The notes beneath the pieces were generated by a model. The model was given only the letters and a program-made list of their open reading frames with translations. It made no database searches and was not told the origin of the DNA. A stretch of 64,000 nt of DNA from Klebsormidium nitens (lineage: Eukaryota > Plantae > Klebsormidiophyceae). Positions 1 through 11,500 of this stretch are shown here, in pieces. The translations under genes were made by a program, and so were the position numbers. The stretch is taken from positions 1 through 64,000 of the forward strand of contig DF237032.1 of the NCBI GenBank assembly GCA_000708835.1, read 5' to 3'. Within the stretch, counting starts at the first letter, position 1. Every line of letters begins with the position of its first letter.

Positions 1-133
1 ACCCTAAAACCCTAAAACCCTAAAACCCTAAAACCCTAAAACCCTAAAACCCTAAAACCCTAAAACCCTAAAACCCTAAAACCCCAAAACGATGACGTCA
101 TTTCCGAAAATTGCAAAAACCCTAAAACCCTAA
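1..133 (-). repeat. Telomeric repeat array (TTTTAGGG)n, chromosome left end
   Basis: Ten perfect ACCCTAAA units (1-80), one variant ACCCCAAA (81-88) and about two more units at 119-133. C-rich strand at the 5' end of the sequence. Confidence 0.97.
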
Positions 134-628
134 CCTTCATATTTAGAAATTTTCGCATATTCCGAAAAGCACGGAAAATTTTTGACGCGAATGCATCACA
201 ACGTGGTCTGATACCTGAAAACCTTCTGTTTTTCACTTGAAAACACAAAAAAGTGACGTCATACCCGAAAATTACGGAAACTTTTAAAATCGCGCGATAT
301 ATCTATTAAAATTTTGCACAAATCCTGAAGTCGCACGCAATGATGAGTGTGACCGTACTACGACACCAGCCGTCCGTATGTCAAAAATATATTTACGTAA
401 GTTCGATCAAATCATGCATATCAGATTCCTCATCTTGCATTGAAGTTAGGAAAAGAGTACATGAGAAACAGTGATACCGCTCGAACATATATGTATACGT
501 ATTGCCAGAGGCGACTGCATGATATTCTTACTCTTAGCACTTTGAATAGTATATAGACTCATATTAGTATACGCGTTGCCAAAATGCATGATCATCAATT
601 AGACATAGGCGGAGGTTGCCAGAGTTGC

Positions 629-836
629 CCGCGACGTTGCGCGACTTTCTGCGATTCTTCGCGACTTTACGCGACTGCTCCGCGACCGTACTAATGGGGG
701 ACTACTAAGCTTCAATGCCCCTCCGGGAGATATGTTTTCAAGCAAGTTTTGTGTTTAGATGCTTGTGATGCTCCGCGACTTTACGCGACTTTCCGCGACT
801 TTCCGCAACTTCCGTCCGCGACTTTCACCGCGACTC
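629..836. repeat. Subtelomeric ~10-bp minisatellite (GCGACTTT(A/C)C-like), two blocks
   Basis: 641-687 gcgactttct gcgattcttc gcgactttac gcgactgctc cgcgacc; 771-835 ctccgcgact ttacgcgact ttccgcgact ttccgcaact ... cgcgact. Confidence 0.8.
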
Positions 837-837
837 T

Positions 838-1470
838 GCACGGGCTAGTTATATGCACTTTCCGGGGTCGTGACAGTCCGTCGACGGTCGGGGAACTGTT
901 GCCCAACGGTTGCCCGACCGTCGGGCAACAACTCCGCGATATATTTGAAAATGTCGCAACACTCTTGCGACACTGCCTCAGTAATTTGCCCGTAAATAGG
1001 GGCAAATTAAAAAGACAATTACACGGCGTTTCAATTTCGCTCGATGACACACTCTCTACTTCAGGTGTTAAGCAGCCTAGGACATTAGAAACATACTGTA
1101 ACTTACAGCAGAGTGTGTCAATTGGGCATTTTAAAATGGAAATGGTGTCAATGTGCTTCGACAATGTGCTTAATTTAACAGGGTTGAATAAGTCGAGTCT
1201 CCGGAGCCCGGCACTCGAGTTTGACCTCCGGCTATCGGCAAAATCTGAGTCCAGGATCGGAACATTGTAGGCTGAAAGTTTGACTCGGCGGTCGGTTATG
1301 TCAACCCCGTATGAAAATCGAACGTCGAAAAGGTACTTCCGGTGTTGCGACAGTGTCGCGACAGAGTTGCAACCCTGTTGCAATGTTGTCGGTCAACCGT
1401 TGGGCAACGGTTCCCCGACCGTCGACGGACTGTCGCGACATCGGGAACTGCATATAACTAGCTCGTGTGC
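838..1470. mobile_element. Non-autonomous inverted-repeat (MITE/foldback-like) element with ~82-bp arms
   Basis: 838-918 matches the reverse complement of 1388-1470 with 8 mismatches and a 2-nt indel. No transposase similarity recognised inside, and no target-site duplication identified. Confidence 0.55.
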
Positions 1471-2384
1471 GACCTCCGGGTCCAGGATAGGCCTAGAAAT
1501 TATGGCCACAATGCCAGAGCTCCTTCCGACGCGATCAAGATCGGCTTGATCGAAATCAAGCTCCAGCTCCAATTGATCTAGCTTGACCGTCCGACGGCGT
1601 ACATCATGGGCCAAGTTCAATCGATCTTTAAAAGGTTGAATCATGAAAGAGAACATATCATCATGGCATGCCACCATGCGGCCAGCTAGTGTAGGCATGG
1701 CCTGCGGCATCATTGCATGTATCATATACGTCTCCCGGCTTGGCATATATTTACATACGCACGTGCACCTTGAGCCTGCGGAAACTTGCCGACCTTTCTT
1801 GATTGCCTGGCGGCCACCGTCACGCAGTTCTGCCAGGTTCTATCCGCTATACTATACATTGCATCATATGCAATATCAATACACCAATACACTAGACGTC
1901 GGATAATATAGATTCATAGTCGATCAATCATTGAATAACCAGTAATCTTGATAGAGTTATGTGCATTGCCGGATTGAGTTTTATGCATGCATGCTGAATT
2001 TGACCATGTGAGTGAACTTCAGAAGGGTTAAAGTGGGCGTGGGACCCGCGGGTCCCAATTTGATCGTACGCCGAGAATTCCACCGACTCCGATCAGTGCG
2101 AACGGTCGCGATTGGTCGTGACATCAGAAATCGTCAGCGTACCGGAGTACGTAGGTCACTACGGTACTTTGAAAGGTTAGAGGTATACCGCCGAAGTTGT
2201 ATGACGTCACGGCATACTTTGCCCGGTACAATCAAACTAGATGTACATAGGGCCGTTCGATGATCCCCAAATTTTCTTGGAGAATCTTGAATCGTCGGAT
2301 GGCCTGTCCGGGGTCGAATTAGGTGCCCGGCATGGCCCCAAAAGCAAGCCTTAATAGCTGGGTGTGGCAAAAAAGAAGAAGCAA

Positions 2385-2467
2385 AGTAGTTGTGATTTGA
2401 ACCCGGGACCTCGGACCTTTTGGCCACGTTTAGACGAGCGCGCTAGCCACCTGAGCTGCGGCGACTC
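2385..2467 (-). pseudogene. tRNA-derived Pol III element (tRNA pseudogene or SINE head)
   Basis: Minus strand reads CAGCTCAGGTGGCTAGCGCG (A-box/D-arm-like) ... GAGGTCCCGGGTTCAAATC (B-box GGTTCAAATC), followed by a T-run near 2369-2374. The acceptor and T stems do not pair. Confidence 0.55.
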
Positions 2468-2939
2468 GGTTGATTCCTGATTTAGGGAGCAAGCCGGTAT
2501 TTTAGGGAAAATACCGGCTTTACACCCCGACGCCCACTTTAATATTAGAAAAACCCTTGCCGATGGCTGGCCCCATAATGACCCAATCATCATGAGTCAA
2601 GATCAATGGCATTCATACAACCACTTTTGCATGGAATTGAATGCGATCTCAACAGATGTCGAAAAACAGTTCAGTGTAGCTAGGTGGATGTCTTACTTCA
2701 AGCAAGCAATGGGGCAGTCGATTTTATGATTTATTTAGGAAGACCCATTCGATTGGGCAAACATGCTCGAAACGACCTTCGAGCACTGGATGCTTTGTAT
2801 GCATGTTCCAATCGACCAATCAATGTGGCAACCGGTCGCCACACTGTTGTCAAGTAACTGTCGAGACTGCTCGCGCTTTGACTGGACCACAACCTTTTCA
2901 TGATGCGACTCTCACGTGTCAATTCCTGACCAGCCTAGG

Positions 2940-5900
2940 CTACGCCTTCTGCTGGACCTGCCTGTGGAGGGTGCTGAGCCAGTCGACGTAGCTAACCCCC
3001 CCGACCCCCCTGTCCTCGACCAGGCCCTGGTAGAAGAGCGCCTCACGCGGCTCCCCTTGGCGCACCAGCACCAGCGGCGGGTACACGCCCGCGCCCTCGC
3101 GCTGGTGCGCAATCAGCGCCAGCAGCTGCTGCGACGTTGCATTCTTCTGGGGCGTCAGCACAACCTGCAAGAAACACCACGGCGCTTAGCGCTGCCTGAC
3201 GTCTATGTAGCCCAAAAGTAAAGGGAGCATGCGAGACTCGTTTGGAGCCATCACAATCTCTTACGCAGTCACCTGGTAAGGTCGCGGGTGACCCACCTGG
3301 GTGAGGTCGGGCAGGCCTGCGGCTTCCGCCCCCAGGATGCTGGCGGCGTACTCGGGCGGCAGCTGCTTGCCCAGCCACAGCACCATGCGCAGGCCGTCGT
3401 CTAGCAGGAACGCGCCGCGCACGTCCAGCCGCTCCGCGCTCAGCGGCAGCGCCGCCGGCACAACCACCGTACCGTCAGGGCCGGGCCGCCCCACCTGTAC
3501 ACAAAGGGACAGACCGTCATTTGGGCGCAGACAACGACAGTTCCTCCCCCTTCGTGTTAGAGAAGGCCTCATTGCTCGGCACTTACGTGCACTCCCACTG
3601 GGCAGGCTGCCACCACGTGAGGGGGGCGCACCCAGCGGGCTGGGGCAGCGATGGTGCAGGACGCCGGGCAATGAGGTTTGAGGGGCGTGCGTTGCGGTAT
3701 TCGGGCCGTACCTCGGGGGGGAGGCCGTCCACACGGAAGAGCGTGGGGTAGAGCAGCTTGAGCAGGCGCGGCACGCTTAGCGTCATCAGCTCGTACCCCA
3801 CGAAGCTGCGCTCGTCGGGCGTCACCTGCGCACACCACGTTGCACGTCAGATGAAGGAGGCCAGCAGCCTAGCAACCGGCAAGCATGCCATGGAGTAAGC
3901 AGGCAAGTGGTCCCAGCAGCAAGGGGCAGCCGCGCTCGTCGGGCGCTCACCTCCTGGAAGCCGCCCCGCAGCGGCGTGGCCTTGGTGACGGCCAGCGCGT
4001 AGAGCGGCAGCAGGCGCAGCGTGTCCGGGTAGATGAGCCGCCCGCCCGCGGTGCGCAGCTGCGCGGCGGGGTACAGCTGGCGGTACTCGCGCAGCGCCTG
4101 GATGGCCTTGGCCGTCACCACGCCGCGCGCCGCCTCGAGGCGGTCCGACAGCGACTTCTCGACGGCCAGCTTGGCCAGCACGTTGACGCACGCGGCCGCA
4201 TCGGCGGCCTTGTACATGTCGCCCAGGTCGGCCACGAGCGGCGCGGCGAGCGTGTGCACGCGGATGCGGCGCTCGCCCGAGGAACTGGTATAGAGCAGCG
4301 CGGACTGGAAGTAGACCGTCTGCTGCGGGACGAGCTGCTCCTCGTGGCTGATCTGGATGGCGAACGCCTTGTCCTCGTCCACGCACGGCAGCGCCAGCAG
4401 GTCCGTGGAGCGGATGAAGAAGTGCCCGTGGAAGCTGCTGATCTTGAGCCCCTTGCCGCACCGGATGCGCATCACCGCCTCCCACGCCGTCTCGCGCTCC
4501 AGGTCGTGCTGCAGGTCCCACGCAAAGCGCGCTCCGTCCGCGGCGGGGGTGAAGCCGGGGTAGAAGTACACCTGCCCGCCCGTGTAGCGCGGCAGAGTGC
4601 CTGCACACCCACCGCGCATGTCAGTCGTGGACAACAGAGGCAGAGGGGGACAGCAGCGGGCCAAACCAGGGCACCTTCCCCGGCAGTTACTGGAGAAGAA
4701 ACCCATAGGACTTGACCGTTCAAAATCGCGAACGACAGGCAGAAAATCGTATCGGCAGCTGTTTTCATGGGTTCGGCGAGCGTCCACTGCAGACAGCGCT
4801 TACAAGACAAGCGGTGAATGTGTAATCGCATACTGCGTTTCAGGCCCCTTAACGGAGGCCAGCCCTGCCTTGCCTCCCCTGCCAGGGATGGCGCATGCTC
4901 ACCTAGGGACGCCACGTCGATGTACGAGTTGGCGAAGAGGTAGGCATTGACCCCGATCTGCACGCGGCTGAACTCGGCGGCCGTCTTCTTGTAGAAGGCC
5001 TCCTCTGCGATGCGCAGTGTGTGCTCGCGGTCGCTGCCGTAGAGGCGCGGGTCGTCCCCGCGCGTGCGCAGGCGGCCCGGCCCCAGGCTGGGCAGGCCGG
5101 CCTGGAAGAGCAGCACCTTGCCGCCCAGGCGCGCCAGCAGCAGGTGCGCCGCGCTCAGCGCAGGGCCCAGCGCGGCCTCCAGGTTGGTGCTGCCCGCAAA
5201 GAAGGCGGGCAGGCTGGTCAGCAGCGCATCCACCACAGCGCGGCTCTCGCTCAGGTTGACCAGCAGCTCGTCGGGGAGCGGCAAAAAGGGGTCCTCCAGG
5301 TCGGTGACCACGAGCATCTGGGGCGCCGCCAGGCTGGCCTTCAGGTTGTAGAAGTGCAGCGTGCTGTCGAAGGTGACGAAGCCGATGCGCGTGCGCGAGT
5401 CTCCGGGCAGCCGGTCCAGGCTGGCGCGCACCGCACCGCACAGCAGCTGAACAGGCGGACAGGTCGAGGTCAGAGCGGCGCAGGAGGACAGAGCAGAGCA
5501 CGCGGAATCTGCACTAGTCGCAAAAGGTATAGCGAAGGGAGAGCGACGGAAGACGAGCGAGCAAGAAAGCAAACGATGGTGCACTCCATGTTGAATAAAC
5601 CAAGATCATGCTGGCCGCATGCTCCAAGACGAACTCACCGGGAGCATGCCGGAGGCGACGGCGTTGGCGGAGACGTCGATGACAAAGAGGTAGGCGGGCG
5701 GCATGGGCGGGCGCACCATGTACTCCTGCGGCGCCACAAACTCCACACTGCCGCGCGCCAGCTCCGGCCGCTGGTCCGCGTCCTGGCGCCGCCCATTGGC
5801 GTCCAGCGCGCAAAAGTACTCCACCGGCACTGCGCACCACCCCGCAATTACGTAGGCTGTCAGCGTACAATAAAATGCTTGGGATATAGGGGCTGCTGAA

Positions 5901-7594
5901 AAGGGAGTATGAGGCCACCAGTGCAGAAAGACTGGGCCTGATCGGGCCTCCCATTAACGTATCCGCACCCACCTTCGTTAAGCAGGGCGCAGACATTGCA
6001 GCGCCAGCGGCGACCCCCATCGGTGAAGGTTACATACGGGTTGACGTATGTGCGGCAGCGCCGGCAGCGCACAATGCCTGAAGGGCCAAAGTTGACCACG
6101 GGGACCTCCTCCTGAAAAAGAAGCGACACAACACTATGCGTCAACTCCCTTCAATCCAAGAGCACTGCCAAGCGGTCAGAAAGAACCCAGGCAACCAAAC
6201 CTGTGCCGTACTATCATCCCATCGATGTCAACAAGGCGCAGGTGCGCTGGCTAGACGACAGTTCTGTGGCACGCTCACCCCTTTCTGGGGTCGCGCGAGG
6301 GGCTGCAGCACGGCCCCCAGCGGGAGGTGCCAGCGGGCGCGCAGGCTGCCGGAGCTGGGGATGGCGTTGCAGGTCAACCGGAAGAAGGTGGGCGGGCTGT
6401 TGGCTGCCGCTGTGAACGGCGGCACGTCGGCAACCGCCAATGGCCGCGGCAGCGCCTCAGCATTCGCGACTGTGTCCGTGGCCCCCCCGGGCCCCATTTG
6501 CGGCGTGAGGGTCAGGCTCTCAAAGTCCTCCACCAGCGCCTGCTGCTGGCCGTAGCCGTACGGGCCAGGCGCAGGGGGGTACCCCGCTGTGGCCGCCTGC
6601 TGCTGAAGGAGCCGCTGGCGCGGGGACTGCGGCGGGGGCTGGCTGGGCACGCCAGGCTCGCCATACGCAGGAGGTGGGCCGGCAAAGGGGACCGCAGCGG
6701 GGCCAGGGCCGGGCCCGCCAGCAGCAGGGCCACCCACCCCGAAAGAAGGTGGGGGCCGCACAGCACCCAGCGGAGCGGGGGGCGGCGGGCCCATCTGGGT
6801 GACAGGGGGGGCATTGTAGCCGGTGTAAGGGCTGGGGGCAGGGCGGACGGGGGCGGCTCCGTAGGTTGGGCCGGGAGTGGGGTAGGCGTTGTACGCAGGA
6901 GGCCTCACAGAAGGACCGGGAGGCTGCCCGTAAGGAGGTGGCGGCCCGGAAGGCTGGCTGTAGGGTGGGGGCGGGCCTGGAGGTCGGGCCATGGCAGGGG
7001 GCTGGAAAAAGGGAGTAGGGGGGCCCTGACTACTGGGGCCAGCCGGCATGGCAGGGGGGCCCACAGGGGGGGCACCGCCAGCAAAGGGAGGGGGGCCTGG
7101 CACCCCAGGAGCAGCATAGCGGACGGGACCAGGCACACCAGGAGGGGGGGCGCCAGGGGCAGGCGCAGAGGGGCGGAATGACGGGACGGGGCCAGGGGGG
7201 CCAGGCGGAGGGGCATTAGGCTGCGGCTGGGGGGGCTGGCCTGCACGTGCACACACAGACAGTCAGGACAGGCAGCCAGACAATCAGAAGAACAAACAAA
7301 ACCACCAGCCAAAGCAATGCAAGAGAGGGAAAGATGAATTGAATGCTGCTCCAGAGGTGCTAGTCTTTAAGCAACGGGAGTTAACCAGCACAGGTACGGG
7401 TGTGCAGCTTTGATTGCTCGATAGCACGAAGGACCAGTGCATGCATCCATGGTCCAGATAGCAACCTGCAACAGCATGCATAGGTGCGCAGATGCGCACA
7501 ATGCTCATGTGCCGCTGAGGCCATCCCCACCTGGTTGCTGTTGCTGCTGCCCCGGCTGCAAGTACGGCGGGGGAGGCCCAGGGGGGCGCTGCAT
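2940..7594 (-). CDS. SEC24A: COPII coat subunit Sec24, plant SEC24A-like; 9 exons
   Basis: Exons 7531-7594, 6279-7240, 5973-6111, 5639-5829, 4903-5446, 3951-4600, 3712-3825, 3297-3494, 2940-3164, all GT-AG with compatible phases. Pro/Gly-rich N-terminus; zinc finger [12 protein letters not shown]...RCNVC; vWA trunk AYLFVIDVS; beta-barrel ERRIRVHT; helical and gelsolin (GAFLLDDG) domains; ends LHRQVQQKA*. Confidence 0.93.
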
Positions 7595-8505
7595 TTTGGG
7601 GGCAGTAGGAAACGGCAGCAGTCCACCAGCACCAAAAGTTGCGGTGCAGATCTTTCCCTCAAACAAGGATCAGACCAAAGCGGCACACGACCTTTGTCTG
7701 CAACAACTTCCACCACGTGTTCAGCGCAAATCGAGGTTATCCTCAAGTGGTCGGGCAGCTACGCAAATCTCAGCAGTTGCTTTTAGGGTCGAAAGCCTAG
7801 CCTATGCAAATCGGACCACGATTTTGTGCACCGAATGGAATCCTGCCTGTACAGCACCTTGTATGCTGCACAGGAATGGCGAAAGCTCCGGATCAACTCA
7901 ACCAACAGAGGTGGTGATGACCGTTGTCGTCAGGCCGAGCAAGTGAGCACCTCAACTTCAGCTGCAAAAAGGCTCCGGCCACGATGCTAAGCAAACGAGG
8001 GCGGCTCACGGTCCATTTCCATGACCGCCATCCTCTCTGCAGGAGTGCTGGCATAACGTTTAATTCTTCCAATGATCAACTTCAAGTTCAAGTTCAAGGC
8101 TGGCAAGCTGGAAGAATTCTTATTTTTGGCACAACTGGTCCGTTACAAAATCGCCAAATTGTGGTGGCATACGTCCTCAAAAGACCTGATTCAAGATTTT
8201 GTTGTAGGATGATTTAGCCTTACATCAGATCGATCGGCGACAGGTCAGATGCAAATCAAATTGCCATACTGATAGCTTACATAGGGCGTCGTAATCAGGC
8301 AGCCTACTTGAAACGCCCCTCCGACTCGGGATCGGAGTCTGAGTAGCGACGACGGTAGCGTATCTTGTTCTGCCACTGCAAATTGCAGCTTGCTCAGTTG
8401 CTGACAGTGATTGCTGCGCAATCGGGGTGGCAAACGGTTGTGCGGGCCACCGTCCGCTGCCTGAGCTCTCAGGTGAGGCGCAGATTGAGCATTTGAGATC
8501 TTGCG

Positions 8506-11500
8506 ATGGCGTCTCCTTACCCGGGCGGCTTCGCTTCCCCCCCTGGCTCCCAGGGCCCTCCATTTTCTGCCCGCCCCGCCCAACCTGGCGCCCCCGTCCA
8601 ACAGAGCCCACCAATTGGCAGCTCTTTTGCCGGCGCCTCTCCTATGGCCGGTCCTTTCCAGCCCCCCGGCACGGCAGGTCCGCCGTTTGGCACCCCCCCG
8701 CAGCCTGCCGCTCCCTACCCCGGGGCTGCTCCCAGCCCAGCTGGATCAGCGCAGGGCCAGTACGGAGCCTCCCCGCAGAGGCCCTCAGGGCCGTATCCGA
8801 TGGGTCCCTCTGCGCCGGCTGGTGATGCCTACGCAGGGAGGCCTGCGGGGCCACCGGGTGGTGCGCGGCCGTATGGACCCCCCCAAGCACGGCCAGGGTT
8901 TGCAGGGCCGCAGGGAGGCCCTTCTGGCGCCCCAGGTTATGGAGGACCGCCACAATTTGGCGGGCAGATGCAGCCTGGGGGCGGCCAATTCGGGCAGGCG
9001 CCGCCCCAGCCAGGGATGTTTCGTCCACCAGGGGGCCCAGGGATGAGCGCGGGCCCTCCCGCTGCGCAGCCGGGAGGCTTCCCCGGGGCCCGCCCCGCTG
9101 CAGGGCCCCCTCCCCAGCAGGCAGGACCTCCTTCGGCGGCGCCAGGGTATGGGCCGCGGCCAGCCGGCCCGTCTCCCCCTCCTCCGCAGATGGCGGGGCA
9201 GCAGCAGAGCGGGTACGGCGGCCCCGGCAGCCAGCTGGGTGGGGCTTTCCAGAACCTGCAGATTGGCACAGGCTCCCCGTCCGCCACCGCTCAGCACCCA
9301 TTTGGGACCGGCGGCGCGGCAGCGGCAGGAGCGCAGCGCAGGGTATACCCGCAGGCATACACCACCGGGGGGCAAGGGCAGCCGCCAGCCAATTATGTGA
9401 GGGGGCAACGCTGGCTGTCTGCCTGCCACTGTCACCGGACTCCAGTCACCATGGCTCTCAGCCAGGGAGCACCATCTCCAGCAGTTGATCGTGATGCAAC
9501 CTTGCTGCGTGCTTCTGATTGCCGCCTTCCACCTGTTCAGTCTGACAAAACCCTAGGTGGAGACTGCTTGTTGAACGTTCTGCATATGCAACTCAATGCT
9601 TCTTTGGAAAGTAAGCCTGGGTATCACTGTGCTTTTGAGCTGATCAGGAATACTCAGGAATTCGTTCCGTTTGGAATCGAGGCTCCATTGAATGGAGCTA
9701 TATATATTGTGTGGCGAAATTGAGAAGCTGCCATCAGGGTTACACGGCTCTGAATGCTTGTTTTTGACCGCTCCCCACTGAGGCCTTTGTTGGTTCACTG
9801 CAAGTATAGTTAGCGTGGCCGGCCACACAGGGGGTGGAGAAAGTGGAGACGGTATTCATCCCTGCGCGGAAGATACTTGTGAAGATGTAGAGCAACGTCA
9901 GTAAGGTTTCAAGGGGCTTTTATTGCTGATTGGCCTTGAATGCTGCATTGGAAAGACAATTTACGATGGTTCTCTAGCCCCTGTCTTCTGGTCCAGTGCC
10001 CTGCGTTGACTGGTTGCTCTCGGCCACTTCTCCCAGGCTCCCCCCCCCGGCATGCCCAGCATGACCCCCCCCGCCCCCGCACGCATGGCCGCCCAGCCGC
10101 GCACCTCCCCCACCGGCCCCAGCCATATCGACCCCACACAGATCCCGCGCCCGCAGCCCGCGGAGACCATTGCGGTGTTTGAGACCCGCGTGGCGGGCGC
10201 CGCGAACCTGCCCCCTCCCGCCACGGGCGCGTACCTGGTGCGTGACACGGGCAACTGCAGCCCGCGCGTGATGCGCGCCACGCTCAACCAGGTGCCCGCC
10301 GCGGAGGACCTGCTCAAGACGGCGGGCATGCCGCTGGCGCTGCTCGTGCAGCCGCTGGCGCTGGGCGACCCGCGCGAGGAGGCGGTGCCGCTGGTGGACT
10401 GCGGGGAGGCGGGGCCGGTGCGGTGCAGCCGCTGCAAGGCATACATCAACCCGTTCATGCAGTTCGTGGACCAGGGCCGCAGCTTCACCTGCAACTTCTG
10501 CAACATGAAGAATGAGACGCCGCGCGACTACGTCATGAACCTCGGCCCAGACGGCAGGTCAGCCTGCATCCACATCACAGTGGGCTGCCAGTGTGTGCTC
10601 TGAACACGAGTGCCGTTTCTGTGCTGGGGGTCATCTCTTGGAGACCCTGGATTGTCCTTCGGATGCCTCCGCTTGACAGCATGTCAGTCAAGCATGCCCT
10701 CAAAGTTTCGAGTCGGTTTGCTGGCTAGTTTGACCACAACAAGAGTCGCATTCAGACTTTCGCTTACTCCTTGCACGCTCTGCATCTGACTGGTGCCTTC
10801 CTTCTTATACAGGCTTTACTCTGTGGAAACGCCAGATTGTATTGAGTCGTTCAACGATTAGTCAGTGCTTACTTGCCACTAAAAACTCTCGCTGACGACC
10901 TTCTTATACTGCGCACAGACGACGTGACGTGCTGGAGCGGCCGGAGCTGTCCCGCGGGAGCGTGGAGTTCGTTGCAACGAAGGAGTACATGGTGCGCCCG
11001 CCCATGCCGCACACGCTGCTCTTCCTCGTCGACGTCTCCCTCAACGCCGTCACAACAGGGTCAACCGCGGCGTGCTGCAGCGCCATTGCGCGCGCGCTGG
11101 CCGACCTGCCGGACGCGGACACTACGCGCGTGGGCGTGGCCACGTACGACTCGAGCATCCACTTCTACAACATCAACCCCAGCCTGGCGCAGCCGCAGAT
11201 GCTCATCGTGCCGGACGTTAAGGACCCGTACGCGCCCCTGCCGGCCGGGCTGGCGGTGCCGCTGCCCGCAGCGCGTCAGCACCTGGGCACGCTGCTGGAG
11301 GCGCTGCCGTCCATGTTCCAGAGCAACCGCGTCGGGGACTCCGCTATGGGCTCCGCCGTGAAGGCCGCCATGCTCGCGCTCAAGGCCACGGGGGGCAAGA
11401 TCCTCGTCTTCCAAGCAGGTCAGCGCGCCAACGCAGTGCGGTCTTCGCTCTTCAGGAGCCGAGATTTCATGGGGCATTGACTAAACCAGCCATGGTCCCT

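Noticed and set aside
629-836. GCGACTTT array as a possible CRISPR
   Set aside because: The 10-bp units are contiguous without unique spacers, there are no cas genes, and the context is eukaryotic.
2385-2467. Functional tRNA gene
   Set aside because: The acceptor and T stems cannot pair and the anticodon arm is mismatched; kept only as a tRNA-derived element.
3885-7181. Long plus-strand ORFs (3885-4715, 5021-5899, 6327-7181) opposite SEC24A, and similar antisense ORFs over other genes
   Set aside because: Shadow ORFs expected on the antisense strand of GC3-rich exons; no recognisable homology.
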